Part shown: positions 9,075 through 17,181 of the stretch, in pieces | How the letters are laid out: every line of letters begins with the position of its first letter | Numbering within the stretch: position 1 is the stretch's first letter | Source of the DNA: Escherichia phage FEC19 | Sequence record: MH816966 | Length of the DNA stretch: 64,000 nt | Direction: 5' to 3' (one strand) | Program-made: the position numbers and the translations under genes | Notes under the pieces: generated by a model | The model's input: only the letters and a program-made list of their open reading frames with translations | Database searches by the model: none | What the model was told of the DNA's origin: nothing

Positions 9075-9132
9075 AAATCACCTCTGCTTCAGTTCATAAA
9101 ATGATTATAGTTGCTAGAAAAATAAAAGCAAA

Positions 9133-10215
9133 CTATTTTATGCCACCTGCGCGACGATTTATCATATCAAGTTGATTCTCAATATAAGGCATGACTACTG
9201 CTTCAACAAAAGCGGTCCAGCCTTTCTTGCCTTCACCTTTCCGGTGACAGTCGTGAGCGCAACCGAAAACGAATTCATGTTCAGCGCCAGGGATTGGGCC
9301 TCGAAAATAAGCGCCGTATGGGTCGCCGTTGGTGTGCTCTTCACCCCAAGGACAGATGATGCGGCATTTACCTGACATGTTTTCAACCACATCGCCATCG
9401 GACCCTTCGCCCATCTTATTGCGCGCAAGGATTTGCTGGGCTATTTTATACCAAACAGCATCATATTTGTATTCGTCAACGTCGATTTGAATTTCACGCT
9501 TTTGCGGCATAACGACGTGGAAACCGAAGGCTTGGCAAATCTCTTCGATTGTGTAGCGCAAGGAATAGTCTGCATGGACAAGTCGGCAGCGGAACGGGTC
9601 GCCGTTCTCATCGACATATTTATAGGGGCCGTCGTGAGTCACACGCTTGTTGTTGATGCACCCAGGAACACGGCCCACGCGCGTCACGTCTTTAATCGTG
9701 TTGTCGCCGCCCTTCTTGAGTACCATGTTTACGAAAGACCCAAGGAATGCTTTGAACTGAATAAGATGGTCAATCGGTTCTTTAAAGAAGTACCACAGCT
9801 GATGGTTGTTCGGCGAAGTCTCGACGATGACGGTTGGTTTTAGGCGCTCGAAAAAGAATTCCAAATCTAAATCGCCCTTTGACCCTTTACCGTGCCCAAT
9901 GTCGTCGACCATCATCGCCATGCCATGACCAAAGGCCGATTCCGTGCGCCAGTATCGCATCTCGCCTGTCTTTGGGTTGGGAGACTTACGCATTGAACTT
10001 ATGCAGGCGTAACCGTTCTGATGTTGCATCAGCGGCTTGCCAAGCTTCCAAGGCTTAGGCCAGAAGCTGCTGTTAATCTTTTTGCCGCGCTCGTCAGTCT
10101 GCACTGTTGCTTCAGGCGCAAACACGGTCATGACGCGTTCATCTTCTGGAATGCCTCTTTGGAGTTCCGTCAAAAACTCTTCGATTATTTTTGCTTCTTC
10201 TCTTAAACTAGCCAT
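9133..10215 (-). CDS. putative primase-polymerase (prim-pol/AEP-like) with C-terminal zinc-binding region
   Basis: VDDIGHG (DxD-like), SPNNHQLWYFF and RVPGCINNK segments resemble prim-pol motifs; C-terminal CPWGEEH ... GCAHDCH cysteine/histidine cluster. Confidence 0.5.
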   Translation of the reverse strand: MASLREEAKIIEEFLTELQRGIPEDERVMTVFAPEATVQTDERGKKINSSFWPKPWKLGKPLMQHQNGYACISSMRKSPNPKTGEMRYWRTESAFGHGMAMMVDDIGHGKGSKGDLDLEFFFERLKPTVIVETSPNNHQLWYFFKEPIDHLIQFKAFLGSFVNMVLKKGGDNTIKDVTRVGRVPGCINNKRVTHDGPYKYVDENGDPFRCRLVHADYSLRYTIEEICQAFGFHVVMPQKREIQIDVDEYKYDAVWYKIAQQILARNKMGEGSDGDVVENMSGKCRIICPWGEEHTNGDPYGAYFRGPIPGAEHEFVFGCAHDCHRKGEGKKGWTAFVEAVVMPYIENQLDMINRRAGGIK

Positions 10216-10244
10216 CTTTCTTTCCTTCGGTGATCAATACCTGC

Positions 10245-10272
10245 AGTATAATATTGAGTGATACAAAGTCAA
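10245..10272 (-). promoter_or_regulatory. sigma70-like promoter for the prim-pol gene
   Basis: Minus sense TTGACT-16-TATACT in the divergent intergenic region. Confidence 0.45.
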
Positions 10273-10375
10273 CAATATTTACCATTTAGTTCACAATTTC
10301 GATTTACTTTGCTTTATACTATATCTGCAATTATACTATCAGAAAATATTTCCGCACTAACAAAGGTCGCCTGAA

Positions 10376-10702
10376 ATGAACGAAAAAGATACGAAGCAAC
10401 GCGAACGTGCAACACACGTCGGCATCGTTGAGTCCTTCCTTAATACAAGACTGAATTCAAGTCTTACAATTATGCGATTCCTGGGTCAACCAGACAGAAT
10501 CAAATTCATCTTTGCCGCAAATCCGGTATCGCTTTACATCCCTGTTGAATCCATGGCGTACCTGGTGCGCGACGAGCAAGGGTGGAAGATACCAAACACG
10601 ACTGTTTTCTTCAGCCACGTTGACGGTGAGATGTTTGAACGAAAAGAAGATTGCCATTTTATTCCAGTATATCTGGACCTTGAAAGCGTAGTGGAGTTAT
10701 AA
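10376..10702 (+). CDS. hypothetical protein (108 aa)
   Basis: First gene of the plus-strand block; stop overlaps the helicase ATG (TAATG). Confidence 0.45.
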   Translation: MNEKDTKQRERATHVGIVESFLNTRLNSSLTIMRFLGQPDRIKFIFAANPVSLYIPVESMAYLVRDEQGWKIPNTTVFFSHVDGEMFERKEDCHFIPVYLDLESVVEL

Positions 10703-11886
10703 TGAACATTCCAGAATTTAATAATGAGCCAGTGATTCAGTTCAACGCGCAACAGATTGATGCCATCGAAAAGGCCGTTGCATGGTACAAGCGATTGCAG
10801 GACGGTAAAACGACGAAGCGCGTGTTTTTCATCGCTGGCTATGCAGGAACAGGTAAAACCTCTATTGCGCGTGAGATTGTGCGCCGTTGTGTCGGTGAGT
10901 ACGGTGCCATTTATATTGCGCCGACCGGAAAGGCCGCCAGCCGATTGAAGCAGAAAGGGTGTCGTGGCGCGAAGACCCTTCACCAGTTCATCTATAACGT
11001 GCGCGGCGTAAATGACGACAATGAGCCAATATTTTCGAGAAAGTCAAAGCTGGACGAAAAGCCGCATCTTGTAGTCCTTGATGAAGCTTCAATGGTTGGC
11101 GAGTGGGATACAGAGCGCCTTCTTGATCACCGCATCCCTGTGCTGGCATTAGGCGACATTGGACAAGTCCCTCCAGTAAAAGCCGCCGCCTACTTTACTG
11201 AAGATGCCGTTGACGTCCTGTTAACCGAAATCATGCGGCAGGGGAAAGAGTCCAACATAATCCGCGCTTCCTTCTTCGTGCGACAGGGCAACCGACTTCC
11301 TCCGCGTGAATACGATGACGTAAAGGTGTTGGCTGAATCGCCGCGCGTTACCGCGCTGAAGAAATTCATGGGCGAAGATGATCAAATTATTTGTTCATAT
11401 AATAGCACTAAAGATAAATGGAATTCATTATTGCGACAAGTGAGCGGACGTATAACGCCAATGCCAGGAATCGGCGAGAAAGTTATTTGCACATTCAACC
11501 AACACGGGCCAGGATTCTGTAATGGCGAGCAAGGGATTGTTATTAGTTATGAGCCAGTGCCGGACTTTGAAAGGGATGAAGACGAGTCTAATGAAATCAT
11601 GTATGTCAATTTGCGCTCGCTTACCGATGGCAAGGATATAAAGGTTAAGATCAATCCTCTTTCCTTCTCTACTGATCAGGAAGTGCGCAAAGAGGCTCAA
11701 CGCGCTGTTGGAGGTATGGACTATGGCTATGTCATAACGGTGCACAAATCGCAAGGCAGCGAGTGGGACAATGTGTGCGTGCTGGAAGAAATCTTGCGCG
11801 GCGTTCCGTATGCCAAGATGATGTACACAGCCATCACCCGCGCTAAGAAGAATCTGACCGTGTACCGTGATTTGAAAGCGCGTTAA
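10702..11886 (+). CDS. SF1 RecD/Dda-like DNA helicase
   Basis: Walker A GYAGTGKTS, Walker B VVLDEASMV, VHKSQGSEWDNV and AITRAKKNL; GTGGAG RBS. Confidence 0.85.
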   Translation: MNIPEFNNEPVIQFNAQQIDAIEKAVAWYKRLQDGKTTKRVFFIAGYAGTGKTSIAREIVRRCVGEYGAIYIAPTGKAASRLKQKGCRGAKTLHQFIYNVRGVNDDNEPIFSRKSKLDEKPHLVVLDEASMVGEWDTERLLDHRIPVLALGDIGQVPPVKAAAYFTEDAVDVLLTEIMRQGKESNIIRASFFVRQGNRLPPREYDDVKVLAESPRVTALKKFMGEDDQIICSYNSTKDKWNSLLRQVSGRITPMPGIGEKVICTFNQHGPGFCNGEQGIVISYEPVPDFERDEDESNEIMYVNLRSLTDGKDIKVKINPLSFSTDQEVRKEAQRAVGGMDYGYVITVHKSQGSEWDNVCVLEEILRGVPYAKMMYTAITRAKKNLTVYRDLKAR

Positions 11887-12045
11887 TGTTGACGTAAATT
11901 TACGAAAAATAAAACTGAAAATCAGTTTAATTAAAGTGGCATCGCCGCCAGAGTTTTTAGTTGCTACTGGCGGCGACTGAAGGCATAATTAAGTTATCCC
12001 AAACGGGGAATATAAAATAAACTAATTTATTTAAGGACTGTGAAT

Positions 12046-12885
12046 ATGGCCGAAGCAATCAAAGTATTATCTAAAGAAGAAAAACAAGCAGCTGCAGCAG
12101 AACGTCGTCGCGTGGCTGAAGAAAAACGCCTGGCTAAAAAGAAAGAAGCCGAAGAAAAACGCCAGAAGCGTGAGCAGGAAAAACAAGCCAAGCGTGAAGA
12201 AGCTGCGCTGAAACGCAAGCAGGCTGCTGATGAGAAGGCTCAGAAGCGTGCTGAAGAAGCAGCGAAGAAAGCCAAAGAGCGTGCAGAAAAGGCTGCTGCT
12301 AAGAAAGCAGAGCGTGAAGCCGCTAAAGCAGCAAAAGAAATCGAAAAGGCAAAGGCTAAAGAAGAAGCCAAGCGCCTGAAAGCTGAACAAGCTGCTGCTA
12401 AGAAAGCAGAGCGTGATCAAGCCCGTGCTGCAGCGAAGGCCGAAAAAGAGAAGGCCAAAGAAGAAGCTAAAGCGAAACGCAAGGCAGAGCGTGAAGCTGC
12501 TAAGATTGCGGCTAAAGAAGCTGCAGAAAAGCAGAAAGAACAGCGTAAGAAAGAAGCTGAAGAACGTCGCAAAGCCATCGCAGAACGTAAGGCTGCTAAA
12601 AAGGCAAACGGTCAGCGTCGTGCAAAAGCAACCCACTTCATCTACACTGGCAATGGCCTGAGCCAGCCGCAAGAGCATTCCACCCGTGGACGCGTTCTGG
12701 CGGCGATCAAAGAAGGCGAAGTTGGCGTGGCGCAGTCTATCGATGAGCTGGGCGAAAAAGTTAAAGATCAACTGTTTGGCGCTTCCGTTCGCTCCTACCT
12801 GAGCAAGCTGGAAGAGATGGGCCACATCGAGTTTGTCGATGTTGAATCCAACGAAGATGCCGAAGACGGTGATCAAGCGGAATAA
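12046..12885 (+). CDS. Lys/Glu/Ala-rich low-complexity protein with globular C-terminal domain
   Basis: About 200 aa of KAKEEAK/AEEKR repeats then an ordinary-composition C-terminal domain; ATG at 12046 with AAGGA RBS preferred over the GTG at 12040. Confidence 0.6.
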   Translation: MAEAIKVLSKEEKQAAAAERRRVAEEKRLAKKKEAEEKRQKREQEKQAKREEAALKRKQAADEKAQKRAEEAAKKAKERAEKAAAKKAEREAAKAAKEIEKAKAKEEAKRLKAEQAAAKKAERDQARAAAKAEKEKAKEEAKAKRKAEREAAKIAAKEAAEKQKEQRKKEAEERRKAIAERKAAKKANGQRRAKATHFIYTGNGLSQPQEHSTRGRVLAAIKEGEVGVAQSIDELGEKVKDQLFGASVRSYLSKLEEMGHIEFVDVESNEDAEDGDQAE

Positions 12886-12912
12886 CCTTAGGACGGTTAT
12901 GCAGCGGTAATT

Positions 12913-12939
12913 GACCCACACTTGTTGTGGGTCTTTTTT
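12913..12939 (+). terminator. rho-independent terminator
   Basis: GACCCACA-CTTGT-TGTGGGTC followed by TTTTTT. Confidence 0.7.
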
Positions 12940-12964
12940 CATCTGTACTAAATAAAATGACTTG

Positions 12965-12993
12965 TTGCTGTAAAATAATTTAGCTATTATACT
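12965..12993 (+). promoter_or_regulatory. sigma70-like promoter
   Basis: TTGCTG-17-TATACT upstream of 13018. Confidence 0.45.
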
Positions 12994-13017
12994 TCTCATA
13001 TCACCCACAAAGGACAA

Positions 13018-14013
13018 ATGAACATGAAACAACCTGTAATGATTATCGGCGGCGGACTGGCAGGACTTATCACCGCGTGTCACTTCCCGAACTCTGTTGT
13101 GTACGAAGCAGGGGAACGAGCGCAACAGCACAAGGCGCTGCTACGCTTTCGCAGCGAAGAAGTAAGCCGTATTACCGGAATCCCTTTTAAGGCCGTGACA
13201 GTTGACAAGGCTGTGTATTTTCGCGGCAACTACTATCACGACCATTGCCCAATCAACCTTGCCAATATGTATTCCATGAAGGTCACCAATCAATTTGGCA
13301 GCCGTTCAATCATGAAGCTTAAGACTGCAACGCGTTATATTGCGCCTGATGACTTTTATGATCAGCTTGTCGACAAACTGGGTGACCGCATATTCTTTGA
13401 TACTCCGGTTGATACTCTTTGCGGCTATAGCGAGACGCCAATCATCAACACGTCGCCGCTGCCAGTAATGATGAAGCTTGCTGGGATTGATCAAAAGCTT
13501 GATTTCTCATTTGATAAAGCAAACATTCGCGTTTACCGCTTTAAGATTAAACGTAAGTGTGATTTGTATCAGACAATTTACTTCCCTGACTACTCCGTCA
13601 GAACTTACCGCGCATCAATTACTGGTGACACGCTTATCATTGAAACAATTCCTTTGGTCAGCGTGAGTGAAGCTGCAGTTGAAGCCGCTGGCGGCATCAC
13701 TCGTTACCGTGACATGAAGCTGCGCGCAGAAGTCGACGAAGTGTTGACAGCCTTTGGCCTCTCATGGAGTGACATTGCTCTTGAAGAAGTTGAAAAGGTC
13801 GACCAGAAATATGGCAAGATTGTCGACATTCCGAAAGACTTGCGACACGCCCTACTCCTGCAGCTGACTATGGATTTGAACGTGTTCAGTGTCGGTCGAT
13901 TTGCTACCTGGCGCAACATTTTGCTTGATGACGTTGCCCATGACCTTGTTGAAGTTGAAAAACTCATCAAAGCAAATAACTATCAAAAATTTGCTTATAT
14001 TGCTAATAAATAA
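13018..14013 (+). CDS. FAD/NAD(P)-binding Rossmann-fold oxidoreductase (possibly UDP-galactopyranose-mutase-like)
   Basis: N-terminal VMIIGGGLAGLITA (GxGxxG); C-terminal VGRFATWRNILLDDV resembles the conserved C-terminal motif of flavin mutase/amine-oxidase-like enzymes. Confidence 0.6.
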   Translation: MNMKQPVMIIGGGLAGLITACHFPNSVVYEAGERAQQHKALLRFRSEEVSRITGIPFKAVTVDKAVYFRGNYYHDHCPINLANMYSMKVTNQFGSRSIMKLKTATRYIAPDDFYDQLVDKLGDRIFFDTPVDTLCGYSETPIINTSPLPVMMKLAGIDQKLDFSFDKANIRVYRFKIKRKCDLYQTIYFPDYSVRTYRASITGDTLIIETIPLVSVSEAAVEAAGGITRYRDMKLRAEVDEVLTAFGLSWSDIALEEVEKVDQKYGKIVDIPKDLRHALLLQLTMDLNVFSVGRFATWRNILLDDVAHDLVEVEKLIKANNYQKFAYIANK

Positions 14014-14014
14014 T

Positions 14015-14043
14015 TTGCTTTCTGCTTCAATGGGCGTATACTT
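14015..14043 (+). promoter_or_regulatory. sigma70-like promoter with -10 inside a palindrome loop
   Basis: TTTGCT-17-TATACT; the -10 lies between 11-bp arms CTGCTTCAATG and CATTGAAGCAG. Confidence 0.45.
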
Positions 14044-14078
14044 TAATCATTGAAGCAGAACTCATAGAGGAAACGAAA

Positions 14079-14525
14079 ATGAAACGAATCACTGGAATCG
14101 CGCTTGCCGCTACTGCTATTCTCGGCACCATGTATATGGAAGCGACTGAAGCTGCCATCCGTACTTCCGATTCAATCGCTGTTTACGATTGCGAAGCGAT
14201 GGACGGCAAGACCTCAGCAACGACTGGTGCAAAGATTACCACTTACATCGGTGTGAACGAGCAAGAAGGTCTGAATATTCAGATTCAAGGATTCACAGGG
14301 AAAGGTACCAACCGTACTCCGTGGATGCAACGTTTCACTTTCGTCCAACCTCGTTCAACTGGCGACTTTATCAATCTGATTGGTGAAAACCGTTCTGGTG
14401 CAGAAATCTTTACATCAATGAGTTCTAATAATGAACCAAAGAAAAGTTTTCAGTTGCTTTATAACGCACAATTCGTTTATCATTGCACCTTCTCTGGTGA
14501 TCAGCAACTAGTGAATTACCGTTAA
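14079..14525 (+). CDS. secreted protein with signal peptide
   Basis: N-terminal MKRITGIALAATAILGTMYMEA hydrophobic signal-like segment; two Cys in the mature part. Confidence 0.5.
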   Translation: MKRITGIALAATAILGTMYMEATEAAIRTSDSIAVYDCEAMDGKTSATTGAKITTYIGVNEQEGLNIQIQGFTGKGTNRTPWMQRFTFVQPRSTGDFINLIGENRSGAEIFTSMSSNNEPKKSFQLLYNAQFVYHCTFSGDQQLVNYR

Positions 14526-14538
14526 TAGGATAATTAAA

Positions 14539-15369
14539 ATGAAAGTTGAATTAATTCGATACACCCAAGATGCACTTGACCTTTTGCTGGAAACAAAGAA
14601 CACGCGCATGACTGGTAAGCCTGTCTCTGAGATGACGGAATCAGAGAAGCAAGAGCATTGGCGCTACATGCTTGATACAATCAAGTCGCCTTTTGACTTT
14701 GTGGACTATATCTTTGACATCACCGATGTTTCAAAGAATATGACCCATCAGATGGTGCGCACACGCACAGGCGCATATCAAGAACGCACCAGCCGCGCTC
14801 AGGAGTCGTCTGCATTTGATGCGATTCGTCCGAAGGCATTCTCACACCAAAATCCAGAGTTGATTGATCAATGTGAAGCATTTGGGACTGATGAAGAGCA
14901 CCAGTCTTTACTTCAAAAGCAATACTTAGCAGAGAAGTGGGATGATGCGATGGCGACTATCGATGTTTTGTATCAAGAGCTTCGCGCGGCTGGCGCAGAG
15001 ATTCAAGATGCACGTGCCGTGTTGCCTTCTAATATGCAAACGCATATCATGGCAAAGTTCAACTTGCGCACGCTGCAACAGATGGCGTCAAACCGCTTGT
15101 GCACGCGCACTCAAGGCGAGTATCAAGAAGTATTCCGCGCGATGGTTGCTGAAGTCCTCAAGGTGCACCCGTGGGCAAATCCATTATTACAGCCGCAATG
15201 CATCGGTATGGGTAAATGCGCGTTTCCTCGTCATGGCAAAGCCCATTGCCCTTGGTATCGTGATTGGATGGATACCACGGCACAGCAAGAAGAGTTGCGC
15301 ATCCAGTTTTGGAGTGCGATGCCAATCACCAACAATCCAGTTGCTAAAGATGGAGTATCAAAAGGATGA
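14539..15369 (+). CDS. flavin-dependent thymidylate synthase (ThyX)-like protein, noncanonical motif
   Basis: VRTRTGAYQERTS aligns to the ThyX RHR-x7-S region and ARAVLPSNMQTHIMAKFNLRTLQQMASNR to the ThyX helix [29 protein letters not shown] (recalled from memory). Confidence 0.55.
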   Translation: MKVELIRYTQDALDLLLETKNTRMTGKPVSEMTESEKQEHWRYMLDTIKSPFDFVDYIFDITDVSKNMTHQMVRTRTGAYQERTSRAQESSAFDAIRPKAFSHQNPELIDQCEAFGTDEEHQSLLQKQYLAEKWDDAMATIDVLYQELRAAGAEIQDARAVLPSNMQTHIMAKFNLRTLQQMASNRLCTRTQGEYQEVFRAMVAEVLKVHPWANPLLQPQCIGMGKCAFPRHGKAHCPWYRDWMDTTAQQEELRIQFWSAMPITNNPVAKDGVSKG

Positions 15370-16238
15370 GCATTAAAAACAGCGAAATCTTAAACGTATT
15401 CGACCTTGACGGAACGCTGTTTGATGACCGTTGGCGCTTAGACCGCATCAAGGTGGCAGGTCCGTTGTCAGACTATGATGACTATCACAGCGGTATTGGT
15501 TATGATCAGTTCTATCCTCACATTGCATCAGCAGTAGAGTCGGCATCTCTTCGCGGTGAGGCGGTTGAATATTGGACTGCAAGGCCAGAAAAATACAGAC
15601 AAGTGACTTTTGAACGTCTGGATAATGTTTTTCCTTTTGATGAATTTACAATCAAGATGAGAGACTATGGCGACAAACGTCCATCAACTATTATGAAATC
15701 TGCATGGCTATCGCACGCATTGCGGCACGGCGATTATCGAATCATCAATGTATTCGACGACCGACAAGACGTACTCGCGCGGATGCAAGATGAAGCATTG
15801 TATTATAATTCCGTTGCTCAAAATAAAATCGCTTTTACATTTAATCTTTGCAAGGCAGGTGAAGTGGTGCAACAATTAGCAATTGATCCAAGCGCAACAG
15901 GGCAAGAAGAGACTAAGGCTGTGGAAGTTGAACAATCTCCGGCAACTGCCGCCGATATTCTTGATGCAATGGCAGCAACCTTCCGTGAGCGCAACGCTGT
16001 CTATGGTGATAACGCTGTGATGGTAGGTCAGGTTATGCAAGTGCTTTTCCCTAATGGCGTGACGTTGAAAACGCCGGAAGACTACCACATGTGGCATCTG
16101 TTCGAGCTTAAGATTGTCAAGCTTACACGCTTCGCAATCAGCGGCCTGAAGCACGAAGACTCTATACACGATGATGGTGTTTACAGCGCCATGTGTGAAC
16201 GTCTTGTTAACGCCCATAATATTAATTTCAATAAATAG
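15366..16238 (+). CDS. HAD-superfamily phosphatase fused to a C-terminal domain of unknown function
   Basis: HAD motif I FDLDGTLF plus downstream T, K and DD motifs; C-terminal about 120 aa with RERNAVYGDNAVMVGQVMQVLFPNG of unknown affiliation. Confidence 0.6.
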   Translation: MSIKNSEILNVFDLDGTLFDDRWRLDRIKVAGPLSDYDDYHSGIGYDQFYPHIASAVESASLRGEAVEYWTARPEKYRQVTFERLDNVFPFDEFTIKMRDYGDKRPSTIMKSAWLSHALRHGDYRIINVFDDRQDVLARMQDEALYYNSVAQNKIAFTFNLCKAGEVVQQLAIDPSATGQEETKAVEVEQSPATAADILDAMAATFRERNAVYGDNAVMVGQVMQVLFPNGVTLKTPEDYHMWHLFELKIVKLTRFAISGLKHEDSIHDDGVYSAMCERLVNAHNINFNK

Positions 16239-16268
16239 TTTACTTGTGCGTTTCGATGAGTTATATTT
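16239..16268 (+). promoter_or_regulatory. sigma70-like promoter with -10 inside a palindrome loop
   Basis: TTTACT-18-TATATT; the -10 lies between 12-bp arms CGTTTCGATGAG and CTCATCGAAACG. Confidence 0.45.
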
Positions 16269-16303
16269 ATCTCATCGAAACGAAGTCCAAAAAGGATAAA
16301 TAA

Positions 16304-16987
16304 ATGAAAAAAGTAATTGTTGTAACTGGCTGCAATTCCGGTCTTGGTAAATCCATTTTTGACACCCTTGGCGCTTACGGTCATGAAGTTGTCGGTATTG
16401 ATTTGGAGAACGGCTATGACATCCGTAACGCGAAACAGATGAAAGAGCTTCTCTCTCAATACGACGTAGAAGGCTTGATCAACTGCGCTGGCGTCAACTC
16501 CAACAACTGGTTCGAAGATGTTAACTACGAAGAGTTCAATCGCGTTATGCACACCAACGCCTTCTCTTTCGTCAACACGACTCAGGCCGCGCTGAAAAGT
16601 CTTATCGACAACAAAGGTTTTGTGATCAATATCGTTTCTAACGCTGCGCATATTCCTATGACGTCCAGCTTGTGTTATAATGCTTCCAAGGCTGCTGCGC
16701 TCATGATTAGCAAGCAGATGGCTCACGAGCTTACGCCTAAATACGGGATCACGGTATTCTCTATTAGTCCTAACAAGCTACGTGGTACTGGCATGTCCAA
16801 ACAAATTGAAGATGCTGTTTGCGCGACTCGCGGCTGGACTCCTGAGTATGCTGCTGAATACCAGAAAAAGGCGTTGATGAATGGATTGGAGACTGAGCCG
16901 CAAGTAATTGCTGACTTCATTCGCCATATCTTAATTACGGGCGCATGGCGCTTTATGTCTGGTACTGATATTCCATTTGGGAAATAA
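16304..16987 (+). CDS. short-chain dehydrogenase/reductase (SDR)
   Basis: Cofactor motif VTGCNSGLGKS (TGxxxGxG) and catalytic YNASKAA (YxxxK). Confidence 0.8.
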   Translation: MKKVIVVTGCNSGLGKSIFDTLGAYGHEVVGIDLENGYDIRNAKQMKELLSQYDVEGLINCAGVNSNNWFEDVNYEEFNRVMHTNAFSFVNTTQAALKSLIDNKGFVINIVSNAAHIPMTSSLCYNASKAAALMISKQMAHELTPKYGITVFSISPNKLRGTGMSKQIEDAVCATRGWTPEYAAEYQKKALMNGLETEPQVIADFIRHILITGAWRFMSGTDIPFGK

Positions 16988-16990
16988 ATC

Positions 16991-17161
16991 ATGACTATCA
17001 AAGTTGTTGTAGAAGTGATTGGCGACGTGGCAGAAGTGAAGATTGATCAAGAAGGCGTTGGATTTGAAGTAATAAGAATCGAAAACGCAAAGATTAACCA
17101 CGAGCGCGTCGGTTCAATTGAGACTTATTCCATAGAAGGCAACACAGTAATTAATCAATAA
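16991..17161 (+). CDS. small hypothetical protein (56 aa)
   Basis: Not in the ORF track; fills the SDR-to-VOC gap; weak RBS. Confidence 0.25.
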   Translation: MTIKVVVEVIGDVAEVKIDQEGVGFEVIRIENAKINHERVGSIETYSIEGNTVINQ

Positions 17162-17181
17162 TATTTAATTAAGGAAACAAA

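Noticed and set aside
12067-13131. 354-aa minus-strand ORF
   Set aside because: Antisense shadow of the Lys/Glu/Ala-rich gene; the Phe/Leu/Ser-rich translation is the reverse-complement artefact of GAA/AAG/GCT repeats, with no RBS or operon context.
16181-16726. 181-aa minus-strand ORF
   Set aside because: Antisense to the SDR gene, which has clear cofactor and catalytic motifs.
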